Sequence record: OQ420740.1
Source: Escherichia phage B9-1
Reading direction: 5' to 3' (one strand)
DNA: 64,000 nucleotides
Shown: positions 29,056-37,652 of the stretch, piece after piece
Layout of the letters: each line of letters begins with the position of its first letter
Position numbering within the stretch: the stretch's first letter is position 1
Translations under genes and position numbers: made by a program
Notes under the pieces: model-generated
Databases searched by the model: none
What the model saw: the letters and a program-made list of their open reading frames with translations, nothing else
Told to the model about the DNA's origin: nothing

Positions 29056-29279
29056 CAACTTTGGTTAAAGCTACATTTGTAGAAGAAAAGATGACAGACC
29101 TGTCATTCTTTGAAGAAGGTAAGGTCTACAAGGTTTATTACGATAAGGATCGCAGGAACAATATGATCGAAGACGAGGACGGTATCTCCTGGTATATCTC
29201 CCATCTGGCAAATGGTGAGTATCATATCTATGGGACCACCCTACTTGCCAAGTTTGTAGTTGTTGAAGAGGATCTATGA
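29052..29279 (+). CDS. Small protein, GKVY/WY paralogue family (75 aa)
   Basis: Track ORF; FFEEGKVYKVY...DEDGISWYI. Confidence 0.55.
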   Translation: MTTLVKATFVEEKMTDLSFFEEGKVYKVYYDKDRRNNMIEDEDGISWYISHLANGEYHIYGTTLLAKFVVVEEDL

Positions 29280-29470
29280 AAGTAAAGTATCTGGCTGAAG
29301 GTATGAGTAGGTATTTTACCCTTGGGGAAGAGTATTGGCCCTTCACGGAAAATGGAGATGTATACGTGAAGGATGACCAAGGTGTGCCGTGGTTTCTGCA
29401 CCATAATGGGTTGGGATATTCCATCTACTGCGGTGCGGTGAACAACACAACCCTTGCAGAGTTTGTATAG
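29276..29470 (+). CDS. Small protein, GKVY/WY paralogue family (64 aa)
   Basis: Track ORF; YFTLGEEYWPF...DDQGVPWFL. Confidence 0.5.
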   Translation: MKVKYLAEGMSRYFTLGEEYWPFTENGDVYVKDDQGVPWFLHHNGLGYSIYCGAVNNTTLAEFV

Positions 29471-29480
29471 AGGAGGTAGA

Positions 29481-29852
29481 ATGTTAGTAAAAGGTACCCA
29501 CACAGTCAAGCAACGTATTGAAGTTGAGATTGATGACTGCGAGCTGAAGCATATTTTACAGTCATGCTCCAACGTTTTGCTCCTCAGTATTCTCCAGGAG
29601 CGAGCGGAGAACGAGTTCTTAAATGCACTGGCAGGCCGCCCCGGTGACTTCTGTGTGCGTAAGCGTGGTGACAACAAGTCATGGTTGTGGGAAATCGATG
29701 CCGACTGGGATTACCACAAAAATGAGGGTATAGATGAGCCTATTCGTGAATTGACAGACAAAGAGATTCAGATGTACAATGAAGTTTGTCATTGGGCAAA
29801 ACGCCAACAAATTTACCTCGACCCTGTGTGGCTGATTGAAAATAGCCATTGA
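29481..29852 (+). CDS. Hypothetical protein (~123 aa)
   Basis: Track ORF 29454..29852; ATG 29481 after RBS GAGGAGG preferred. Confidence 0.55.
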   Translation: MLVKGTHTVKQRIEVEIDDCELKHILQSCSNVLLLSILQERAENEFLNALAGRPGDFCVRKRGDNKSWLWEIDADWDYHKNEGIDEPIRELTDKEIQMYNEVCHWAKRQQIYLDPVWLIENSH

Positions 29853-29927
29853 CAAGAAGTAAGATTAGATATAAGATGCTTCACACAAACAGAGCGTTGA
29901 TTTCAAATAATTAAGGAGACCTCCAAG

Positions 29928-30182
29928 ATGAAAATCACTTTGAAGCCAGAATGCGTTGCAAATGACCGAGCTTTTAAAGATTGCACAGTCGGTGCAATTT
30001 ATGAAGCAGAGTTTTGTGAGAATCCCCTGGTAAAAGCCCTTCTGGAAGAAGGGACCTATTTATCACAAGAAGAGCTAGATGAGTTGGAAAACTCAGCCCA
30101 GTGTCTTACCTTTAAAGATGATGAAGGAGATTCTGTCTGGTGCACTGTTAACGAAGTAGTTTTTGTAAAACCTGAGCATTAA
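29928..30182 (+). CDS. Small Cys-containing protein, paralogue of 30246..30506 (84 aa)
   Basis: Track ORF; KPECVANDRAFKDCT...DDEGDSVWCT. Confidence 0.55.
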   Translation: MKITLKPECVANDRAFKDCTVGAIYEAEFCENPLVKALLEEGTYLSQEELDELENSAQCLTFKDDEGDSVWCTVNEVVFVKPEH

Positions 30183-30185
30183 TAC

Positions 30186-30222
30186 TTGACAATAGCGATA
30201 GGGCCTAATATAATGGCCCTAT
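30186..30222 (+). promoter_or_regulatory. sigma70-type promoter whose -10 is embedded in a perfect palindrome
   Basis: -35 TTGACA 30186-30191, 17-bp spacer, -10 TATAAT 30209-30214; palindrome ATAGGGCC-taatataat-GGCCCTAT 30198-30222. Confidence 0.6.
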
Positions 30223-30245
30223 CAAAACGAAAGGGTACCACAGCA

Positions 30246-30506
30246 ATGACCAAACAATATCAACGAATTAAAGCCAAGGTTAAGCCAGACTATCTGGAGA
30301 AGGACTCTGCTTTTCGGGACTGCACGGCAGATAAAGTTTACACAGGTTCCGTTCTGTTAAACGACGAATTTGAAGTGGATGTTCTTGGTAAAGAGGCCGT
30401 TATCGAAGATGACAACGGGGACTGTGTTTTCTGCACCACCCGTGAGCTGGAAGTCTTAGAATACTTCGGTGAAATCTTCAACTCATTAGATGACGAGGAA
30501 GCGTGA
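30246..30506 (+). CDS. Small Cys-containing protein, paralogue of 29928..30182 (~86 aa)
   Basis: Track ORF 30186..30506 starts on the promoter -35; ATG 30246 preferred; KPDYLEKDSAFRDCT...DDNGDCVFCT. Confidence 0.55.
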   Translation: MTKQYQRIKAKVKPDYLEKDSAFRDCTADKVYTGSVLLNDEFEVDVLGKEAVIEDDNGDCVFCTTRELEVLEYFGEIFNSLDDEEA

Positions 30507-30907
30507 TGAAAAACATTTGGGATATTAATATCTTTGAAGCCTCGGAGCTTGACGGTGCCGATGGGGTTATTATAGTTTCTGATGGGAAGGCAACATTGAC
30601 CTCTGGACTGACCTATGAGGACACTACCTACGCATTGGGCGATCTTGCCTTGTTGAAATCCACAGGTGACTCTCTGGAAGAACGTCTGCAAGGATTTGCC
30701 TTTAAAGAAGGCACAAGCACCACACTAATGTGCACTACACGCACTGTTCAGTTGGGCAACGGGGTCTATATGGTCATTGCAGTGTGCCCCAAATTCAGCA
30801 ACATCAATAAAGATGATGCTGACGCTGTCAACGACGTGGTTGTCCTCTTCGTTGGTGACGCTATGGCAGATCTGATGAATGCAGGAGAAGCAGCAAATGA
30901 AGACTGA
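30503..30907 (+). CDS. Hypothetical protein (134 aa)
   Basis: Track ORF; ATGA overlap. Confidence 0.55.
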   Translation: MMKNIWDINIFEASELDGADGVIIVSDGKATLTSGLTYEDTTYALGDLALLKSTGDSLEERLQGFAFKEGTSTTLMCTTRTVQLGNGVYMVIAVCPKFSNINKDDADAVNDVVVLFVGDAMADLMNAGEAANED

Positions 30908-31199
30908 AAACATCAACCCAACAGGATTCTTGAAAGTATACCGTGAACTGCTGTATACTACAGAAGATAGTGTTCTAGAGTATCCAGAATATCTTTTGCT
31001 GTATAAGTATCTACAGGAAGCTGGTGAAAATCTACCAGTTAGTGCAGAAGGCGGTCCGAACTGGATATACAGCGCATGGAGAAAGGTTGACATTCTCCCA
31101 GATCCAGGAAAAGATATGGTAGTTTGGCAGCTTATCAACAACATCGGGATTCCAATCTTTGATGAGGCTGTTAAAATCTATTTTGAACTTGACGATTAA
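30897..31199 (+). CDS. Hypothetical protein (~100 aa)
   Basis: Track ORF 30879..31199; ATG 30897 after RBS AGGAGA preferred. Confidence 0.5.
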   Translation: MKTENINPTGFLKVYRELLYTTEDSVLEYPEYLLLYKYLQEAGENLPVSAEGGPNWIYSAWRKVDILPDPGKDMVVWQLINNIGIPIFDEAVKIYFELDD

Positions 31200-31216
31200 T
31201 ATCAGGAGACCTTAAG

Positions 31217-31462
31217 ATGGCTGAAGTAGTTGCTCGCGCAGGACAGAAAGTACGTTGTGTTGAAGTTGGTTTCGGCGGCAAAGGTTGCCAGAACCTGACA
31301 CAAGGTAAGGAATACGCTGTTATTTCTGGTGGTGGCGATAAGAGCATTGTGTTCGATGACCATATTCTGGATGCTGAAAACTTTGAAATAATTGACGATG
31401 ATGGTGATCCAATCACCTGCCTGCTGAACGGGAGTTGGGGTACTTTCGAAGTAATTGGCTAA
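31217..31462 (+). CDS. Small Gly-rich protein (81 aa)
   Basis: Track ORF; RBS AGGAGA; loosely resembles the small paralogue families. Confidence 0.55.
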   Translation: MAEVVARAGQKVRCVEVGFGGKGCQNLTQGKEYAVISGGGDKSIVFDDHILDAENFEIIDDDGDPITCLLNGSWGTFEVIG

Positions 31463-31499
31463 CAAATACCTGTTGTAATTTACAGAAGGAGATGCTAAA

Positions 31500-31910
31500 A
31501 TGGTGTCTCCTTTATGTTGTTCAAATAAAATCGGAGATTCCACAATGGAACAAATGAACGATCAAACGTCGGTTGCGATGAACGGGCAAGAACAACCTCA
31601 AGAATTTTTCTTAGGGTTAAGCAAAGATCAAGTGTCTCTTCTACTAGTGCTTTCTTCTTTCATGGGAAGACTTCAGGAGCTTACACAACAGCCAGAGGCT
31701 GAACAATTATTCCAGGCTCTGCGTGAAGAAGAAAAATATCGCCGTTTGGACTATGCCTTAGGTTGGGTAGCTCAACAACGAGATATGCTGATGGCCCTCT
31801 CTGGGACCACGAGTTTTGCAATGGGCCTGTTGGCTCAAGTTCAGGACAAATTAATTCAAGCAGGGTTTGCACACACGGCAAACACTAACGAAGAACAAGG
31901 AGATAAATAA
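31500..31910 (+). CDS. Hypothetical protein (136 aa)
   Basis: Track ORF; RBS AAGGAGA 7 nt upstream. Confidence 0.55.
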   Translation: MVSPLCCSNKIGDSTMEQMNDQTSVAMNGQEQPQEFFLGLSKDQVSLLLVLSSFMGRLQELTQQPEAEQLFQALREEEKYRRLDYALGWVAQQRDMLMALSGTTSFAMGLLAQVQDKLIQAGFAHTANTNEEQGDK

Positions 31911-33136
31911 TGAGCGTTATTCAACAATTCGCTAACCCGATGAATCCGCGTGAAACTGTTTTACTGGCTCACGGCATGATTAAACGTGTCAGCATCAAGC
32001 CTATCAAAGGTGCTGATCCTACAACAGGTATTAAAACCACTGTGTGGCAAGGTAAGAAAATTGAATCCAGCCACACCATCTCTTTACTGATTTCTGAACT
32101 GGACTCCTCTGATAACCTGCTCCAAGGTGGTGAAGAAGTTTGGATCAGCATGGGTGATAAGCTGCTTAAGCCTGGTCATCAAGACTCCGTCTCTGTTAAA
32201 ATTGATGACAAGTGGGAAACAGTAACGCCAGGATGGATCGTAAATATCCCTTTAAAGGCAAATGAGCATAACGGTAAGACCTACTACAAAGGCTCACTGG
32301 CTAAAATGGTTAAGTTGGGGGCAGGAGAGGCTCCAGCAGCTCCACAGCAACAAAAACAGCAACAAGGCACACAATCACAAGGTCAGAAGCAGAAACCTCA
32401 GCAGAATGCCAATCAGGACGTTTTACGCATCTATGGTGATGTGACTCAGATTGTTGGTAACGTGGTTACTGTCAATGACCACAAGATTGGCGAAGGTGCT
32501 ATGGTTGTCTCTGATGAGCAGCTTAAAGACCTAGTGGTAGGTGGTCGTGTTGCGGCTATTGTTGACAAAGACACCGGGAATATTATCAGCGGTTTTAAAG
32601 CCTACCCGCCCAAGGCAGAGAACGGAACTCAAGGCTCTGGTGGTAAGCGTAAATCTTCTTATGATCCTATCGGTGTAGAAACAGGACATAGCATCAATGC
32701 GTTGCAAATCATCCTGGATCGCGGGTTTAAGGTAGACAATCCTTTAGACGTGGCTAAAACACTACACGTTGTCACCATTGAGCTTAAGAAAGAGTACGCT
32801 CAAGCTACCAACCGAACTGAAGATGAAGTAGGTGCCAGTGTTGGTAATGCGGTATTGAACGCTTGTCGCCGTATTGACAAGAAAACGAAAGTTGACGATT
32901 TTGCAGTAGCAATTACTGCAGAGGCAAAAGATGTCTTGACTAATCTTGCTGAACCGTTGTATGATTGGATCAAGAACGGTGCGGGAGCCACTGACCATCA
33001 AGAACCTCAAGCTGCCAAACAGGAAGCTGCTCCACAGCAAAACACTGTAGACGCTCCTCCTGTAGATAATGATGAAGATGACCCTATGGATCAGAATCCG
33101 GCACAGTACGCCTTTGATGATGACATTCCTTTTTAA
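31910..33136 (+). CDS. ssb: Single-stranded DNA-binding protein-like, with E. coli SSB-type acidic C-terminal tip
   Basis: Track ORF 408 aa; Q/P-rich linker; C-terminus YAFDDDIPF matches the bacterial SSB tip; OB fold not verifiable by eye. Confidence 0.7.
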   Translation: MSVIQQFANPMNPRETVLLAHGMIKRVSIKPIKGADPTTGIKTTVWQGKKIESSHTISLLISELDSSDNLLQGGEEVWISMGDKLLKPGHQDSVSVKIDDKWETVTPGWIVNIPLKANEHNGKTYYKGSLAKMVKLGAGEAPAAPQQQKQQQGTQSQGQKQKPQQNANQDVLRIYGDVTQIVGNVVTVNDHKIGEGAMVVSDEQLKDLVVGGRVAAIVDKDTGNIISGFKAYPPKAENGTQGSGGKRKSSYDPIGVETGHSINALQIILDRGFKVDNPLDVAKTLHVVTIELKKEYAQATNRTEDEVGASVGNAVLNACRRIDKKTKVDDFAVAITAEAKDVLTNLAEPLYDWIKNGAGATDHQEPQAAKQEAAPQQNTVDAPPVDNDEDDPMDQNPAQYAFDDDIPF

Positions 33137-33151
33137 CATCTAGTTAACATG

Positions 33152-33179
33152 GCCCTGCCCGAAAGGGTGGGGCATTTTT
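33152..33179 (+). terminator. Intrinsic terminator, same hairpin as at 23006
   Basis: GCCCTGCCC-gaaa-GGGTGGGGC then ATTTTT. Confidence 0.7.
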
Positions 33180-33198
33180 GTATATAGAGGACTGAAAA

Positions 33199-33615
33199 AT
33201 GACATTAGAAGATATCATTGTTAAACCTGAGAACTATGACCAATACAATCTATCAACTCAATCTGTGGATCTTGGATGCGCCACTGTCAGTGCGTGGCTG
33301 GTTAACGGAAAAGAGCTGGATAAATGCTTAGAAGCTCACATGACTGTGAACAAGTTCCTTGATGAAAATACTCACTGGCTGGAAGGTGCAGGTGTATACG
33401 CTTCGTGGCTAGAGAGTATGGGATTTGACTACCAATCTGAAGAGGGGTGGTGGAGCTATCTGGCTATCTGTCCAGAGACGTTGCAATGCTTCATGAAATA
33501 TTCTGAAGATTTGGAGTACCGGGCGGTGGTTGACAGTGCTATTGCCCGTTATAGCCGCAAACCTTTTTCCCATGACATTAAAACTGTGGAAGAATTTGTT
33601 GAAGTTTTCTGTTGA
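33199..33615 (+). CDS. Hypothetical protein (138 aa)
   Basis: Track ORF; RBS AGAGGA. Confidence 0.6.
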   Translation: MTLEDIIVKPENYDQYNLSTQSVDLGCATVSAWLVNGKELDKCLEAHMTVNKFLDENTHWLEGAGVYASWLESMGFDYQSEEGWWSYLAICPETLQCFMKYSEDLEYRAVVDSAIARYSRKPFSHDIKTVEEFVEVFC

Positions 33616-33711
33616 CACGGGTTGTAAGGTGTGCAATTATAACCTTGTTGAGCTGGAGGATGTGATGAACGAAGAAAACTGGGATGTGTAACTAACAGGA
33701 GGCCACTGCCC

Positions 33712-33909
33712 ATGATTTATCGAATCCGTGTGAGAGAAGATGCACCAGGTTGTTACTTTGACTGGCGTGGGTGGTGGTTTCTCCACCCAATGGATGGACT
33801 CACAGATAGAATGCTAGATGCTGCCCTTTACACAGATACTGACATAGAGTATAATCTTTACTTGAAGGATGGTATCGATAACGGCCTGTTTGAAGCAATT
33901 CCTGCGTAA
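33712..33909 (+). CDS. Hypothetical protein (65 aa)
   Basis: Track ORF; RBS AGGAGG. Confidence 0.5.
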   Translation: MIYRIRVREDAPGCYFDWRGWWFLHPMDGLTDRMLDAALYTDTDIEYNLYLKDGIDNGLFEAIPA

Positions 33910-33974
33910 GAGAATGTGATCGCCATGTTTTATGATCTTCCTGTAGCACCACCTATTGATCCTGGAGAACTACG

Positions 33975-34400
33975 ATGATTTATGAAATGCCAAAACTGAT
34001 TCGTGACGATGCACGAAACGCCCACACCTTTATTATGGGCAAGCGCATGGATATTATTTGTCACAAAGACTTCTGGGAAGGGAGCTACTTCACAGAATAT
34101 TTTGGAAAAATGGATGATGGCCTACTGATCCAGTTTTACACCGATGCGGAAAACAACATTAGTTGGGAGTTCGAGACCGAAGATGTCCATAAACTTTTCA
34201 CCTTCCTCGACATTAAGGTTAAGGCCAAGTTTGAAGAAGGTGAGTGCGACGATTGTGGATTTTATGAGGTAACGGATTTCTATCTTCCGAGCGGTAAAAA
34301 CCTTTACTATGAAAGCCACTTCGGTAACTCCAATATGCCACAGTGCTGGACTGAGTTTTTTGAAATTGTGGAAGAGGAGCTGGAATATCGTGATTATTGA
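33975..34400 (+). CDS. Hypothetical protein (141 aa)
   Basis: Track ORF. Confidence 0.55.
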   Translation: MIYEMPKLIRDDARNAHTFIMGKRMDIICHKDFWEGSYFTEYFGKMDDGLLIQFYTDAENNISWEFETEDVHKLFTFLDIKVKAKFEEGECDDCGFYEVTDFYLPSGKNLYYESHFGNSNMPQCWTEFFEIVEEELEYRDY

Positions 34401-34848
34401 TACTGTAGAGGGAGATTTAATCTCCCTTTTTAAGAGCGGTGCTGGTCACCTGATCCACGGTTGTAACTGCTTCCACACAATGGGGAAGGGTGTAGCAAAG
34501 CAGATTGCTCGTGAATTCCCTCAAGCATTGGAAGCTGATAAAATGACTATGCACGGTTGCCTAAGTAAACTGGGCGCGTTCTCCCGCTGGGAGCACTTAT
34601 CTCCGAGAGGTATTGTCTACGGAATAAATCTGTATACTCAGTTCTACCCAGGGCCTAATGCTGAATATTTCTCAATACTGAAAGGATTTGAGCGAGTCAA
34701 TGAAGTATTTGAGGGGTCGATTTTACCATTCTACATCCCTAAGATCGGGTGCGGCATAGGCGGTTTGAAGTGGGAACATGTAGAGGACATTATTAACCTT
34801 GCCACTTTTGATATAGATATTATCGTGGTGGAGTACAAAGAGTGTTGA
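34390..34848 (+). CDS. Macrodomain protein (ADP-ribose binding/processing fold); start uncertain
   Basis: Track ORF 34309..34848; GTG 34390 after GAGGAG proposed; motifs HGCNCFHTMGKGVAKQI and later IGCGIGG fit macrodomain signatures. Confidence 0.6.
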   Translation: MIIDTVEGDLISLFKSGAGHLIHGCNCFHTMGKGVAKQIAREFPQALEADKMTMHGCLSKLGAFSRWEHLSPRGIVYGINLYTQFYPGPNAEYFSILKGFERVNEVFEGSILPFYIPKIGCGIGGLKWEHVEDIINLATFDIDIIVVEYKEC

Positions 34849-34902
34849 CAGCTATATTTTAAGGTGGTATAGTCACCACAACGATTAAGACAGGGGAGCA
34901 CT

Positions 34903-35097
34903 ATGGAGACTAAAATCTTAATTCTAGCTGTGGTAGATACAACAGAAGGAGCCATGTTTGAATCTGCAGGAGGGTATTTCTACCTGCCCTACGGAAAAAG
35001 AACTTCCGAGCCGAGTAAAGATTCAATCATCAAAGTGTTCCCGTGTGCTTTCTGGCTGGAGATTCTGGTAGAAGATTGCAGAGGCTTGGGGAGATAA
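34903..35097 (+). CDS. Hypothetical protein (64 aa)
   Basis: Track ORF. Confidence 0.45.
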   Translation: METKILILAVVDTTEGAMFESAGGYFYLPYGKRTSEPSKDSIIKVFPCAFWLEILVEDCRGLGR

Positions 35098-35099
35098 TT

Positions 35100-35294
35100 A
35101 TGAGAAACAAGAAAGAGCTTTACTCTGGCGAGTGGATAAACGATCAACAGGTAGGAGAGGTAACCTGCTTCCGTTGCTTTACTCGGTACAATCTTAAAAC
35201 TGCACCAAAAAGTGTTCCAAAGACTGACGGTTATTACATAAAAGAACCTCATTGCCCGAAGTGTAAATGCCGAGTATACTGGAGTAACCTGTAA
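35100..35294 (+). CDS. Small zinc-ribbon protein (~64 aa)
   Basis: Track ORF 35043..35294; ATG 35100 after RBS GGGGAG; CFRC...CPKC. Confidence 0.5.
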   Translation: MRNKKELYSGEWINDQQVGEVTCFRCFTRYNLKTAPKSVPKTDGYYIKEPHCPKCKCRVYWSNL

Positions 35295-35298
35295 AAGG

Positions 35299-35326
35299 TT
35301 GACATCTGAAAACTGCGGTATATAAT
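35299..35326 (+). promoter_or_regulatory. sigma70-type promoter
   Basis: -35 TTGACA 35299-35304, 16-bp spacer, -10 TATAAT 35321-35326. Confidence 0.6.
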
Positions 35327-35357
35327 ATAAACATAAACTAGCAGAGAGGGATAAATT

Positions 35358-35549
35358 ATGGTAATTTTTAATCGAGACGGTATCATAGTTAGACAGCACC
35401 CATTCCTTGAATACTATCAGGTTGAGCAATGGTGTTACGGTGATTGCAGTCATTCCTATGGGCAAAGTTGGGGATATCGCACAGTTTTTGAATCAACAGA
35501 TCTTGATAAAGTAAAACAGAAAGTCTTAGAACTTCTTAACAACAAGTGA
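35358..35549 (+). CDS. Hypothetical protein (63 aa)
   Basis: Track ORF downstream of promoter. Confidence 0.5.
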   Translation: MVIFNRDGIIVRQHPFLEYYQVEQWCYGDCSHSYGQSWGYRTVFESTDLDKVKQKVLELLNNK

Positions 35550-35559
35550 GTATTATACT

Positions 35560-35892
35560 ATGGTAACATTAGAAAGACGTAAAGCTATCGCCGCCACACT
35601 GGCAGACATCTTTTGGGATTGCAATTTAAAAGATACCCGATATTGCGGCGCATCTGTAGATGTATTATTCCCACGGCCCACCATTGTTGCAATGGGTAGC
35701 CTGCTGGGTGTAGTTGCAGGTGCATGGGATAAGGAAGGTGGTTTCTATATCTGGCAGCCTGACTACGGGACCTGGAAAGAAGTAAGGGGTGCTGATGACT
35801 TTGGGCCTGCAGTTGCTAAGATGGATGGCTGGGAAATTTATGTTGGAAACGACATGAAGCTGAAAGGTGAGATTGTTTACTGGTTACCTTAA
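35560..35892 (+). CDS. Hypothetical protein (110 aa)
   Basis: Track ORF. Confidence 0.55.
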   Translation: MVTLERRKAIAATLADIFWDCNLKDTRYCGASVDVLFPRPTIVAMGSLLGVVAGAWDKEGGFYIWQPDYGTWKEVRGADDFGPAVAKMDGWEIYVGNDMKLKGEIVYWLP

Positions 35893-35912
35893 TAAAACGC
35901 AGGAGATAAAGT

Positions 35913-36158
35913 ATGAACAAAGGGTGGACATTTGTAGACGGCGTTAAAAACATGCCTCTAGGAAAGTATATTGTAGCCATGGCAGATGAGAATGGCAAGG
36001 TGGATTTCGGAGTTTGCGAGATTGTTCTTGCAGGATCTGGTGACTATGCCCACAAAACTGGGATAATTAACGGTCATTTCTACTTTGATTACAACCCTGT
36101 TGTGGCGTATATGGCTATGCCAGAGTTAGAGCTCCCAAAGGAGGGTGCAAATGTTTAA
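35913..36158 (+). CDS. Hypothetical protein (81 aa)
   Basis: Track ORF; RBS AGGAGA. Confidence 0.55.
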   Translation: MNKGWTFVDGVKNMPLGKYIVAMADENGKVDFGVCEIVLAGSGDYAHKTGIINGHFYFDYNPVVAYMAMPELELPKEGANV

Positions 36159-36348
36159 GCTTAAATCTGCATGGAACATTGCTGTGGGTGATGAGATCCG
36201 CATCCCTGGTGGGAAGACCGTTATGAAGATATCTCGTATTGAATACGAAGGCGACCGTGTATTCCACATCTTTGCAGAAGATGGTCGGGAAATTTATGTA
36301 CAAGCGGGCTCTCACATCTATATCCGTAAGAAAGGGGATGACAAATGA
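36145..36348 (+). CDS. Hypothetical protein (67 aa)
   Basis: Track ORF; RBS AAGGAGGG. Confidence 0.5.
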   Translation: MQMFKLKSAWNIAVGDEIRIPGGKTVMKISRIEYEGDRVFHIFAEDGREIYVQAGSHIYIRKKGDDK

Positions 36349-36674
36349 CAGAGATCATTATTTCAACTGCAGGGTATGTATTCCTGACAATCATTGCTCT
36401 GACCATTTTGGTGGCGGTATATGGATTTGTTATTCTACCTATTCTTGAGACAATTAGTTTGTGTCGGTGTTGGAGAAAGGCTTACGGTCCACAGCCGTGG
36501 AGGGACTGGCCCCACCTGGTTCGCATAGCGTTCTCTTATGCTTATGATCACGCCAGCAGTGCATGCATAACCGGGTATCACGCTCACAATTGGAACTGGG
36601 AGGGGTTGGGTAGATGGAATGTTATAAAGACCATACCTCTACGTATGCACAAGCCTAAAAACAAAGACAGTTGA
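36345..36674 (+). CDS. Putative membrane protein (109 aa)
   Basis: Track ORF; N-terminal hydrophobic helix IIISTAGYVFLTIIALTILVAVYGFVILPIL. Confidence 0.55.
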   Translation: MTEIIISTAGYVFLTIIALTILVAVYGFVILPILETISLCRCWRKAYGPQPWRDWPHLVRIAFSYAYDHASSACITGYHAHNWNWEGLGRWNVIKTIPLRMHKPKNKDS

Positions 36675-36985
36675 TACTTGAAAATCCCTGGCACATCAAG
36701 TATAAGGAGGATTTCTAAAATGGACTTCCTCCTTTTGATATTTTACCTGGCCGGATATTTTAAAATTCTTAGAAAATCAGAAAATGGATCGAAAACTAAA
36801 ATGGATTTTTCAAGACAGGCGCGATAAGATGTGCTGCTCATTCTATCGTTCGCACCGTACTTTAAGTTACTATTCCAGATTTTCCGCACATACTCTCACC
36901 CTTCTACCAGGACTTTCCCAGCTTACCTTTGACCCTTTATAACAATAAACCCATTATTCTCAGTAGGTTTTGATACATCTCTCTC

Positions 36986-37151
36986 AGTACTCGATCTGTT
37001 TTTCGTTTCAAAGATTGAATTTTCTGAAAATTTTTCTCGATAAATTTCTTAGTACTCGATCTGTTTTTCGTTTTCTGAATCAGATTTTCTGGAAATCGTT
37101 CCGGAGCTCGACCTGAAATTTTTGGGGACGAAATCGATTTTTCGTTTTCGG
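36986..37151. repeat. AT-rich iteron-like direct repeats in non-coding DNA
   Basis: AGTACTCGATCTGTTTTTCGTTT at 36986-37008 and 37051-37073; related CTCGACCTGAAATTTTTGG 37107-37125 and CGAAATCGATTTTTCGTTTTCGG 37129-37151. Confidence 0.7.
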
Positions 37152-37282
37152 AAATGGATTTTTAAAATTTGTATATGGAAATACTTAAGGAGGTATTATT
37201 TTATATAGAATTGTCACGGTAGGTAATTAGCATGCTAACTAAATTTATGAAATGCGAAAAGTTCTCATTTAGAATTTTGAAT

Positions 37283-37490
37283 GATAATCATTCTCGTTTG
37301 CAGAATAACGGGCACCCCCGGTGATTGTCTCCCGGCCCCTGTTGCCCCGGCTTGTTATTATAGTATCACACAGGACAAAGAAAGCAAGGATTTTTTGCAT
37401 AAATTTTTAAATGATAATGATAACCGTTCTCATTTTATGCAGCGCCCATCCCCGGTGGTTGTCTCCCCCGTCACCGGTGCCTGCCGTCCT
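37283..37490. repeat. Two direct copies of a GC-rich ~50-bp element (third, inverted copy at 46052-46100)
   Basis: AATGATAA...CCCGGTGATTGTCTCCC at ~37283-37340 and AATGATAATGATAA...CCCCGGTGGTTGTCTCCCCCGTCACCGGTGCC at ~37420-37490. Confidence 0.65.
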
Positions 37491-37652
37491 TTCGATAGGT
37501 ATATTGTGCCACCTGGCGGGGCCGCTGTCAACACTTTTCAAAAAAATTCTAACCTGATGCGCTAACCGTTGCAACCTGGCGGGGCCAGCCTGGCAGGGCT
37601 ATGCTATAGGGTAGGCAACAACTGAAGAGGAGGTACAAAAATAAAAGGTAAT

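Noticed and set aside
36950-37200. Possible CRISPR array in the direct-repeat region
   Set aside because: Only two exact repeat copies, AT-rich and irregularly spaced, with no cas genes; consistent with iterons or binding sites, not CRISPR.
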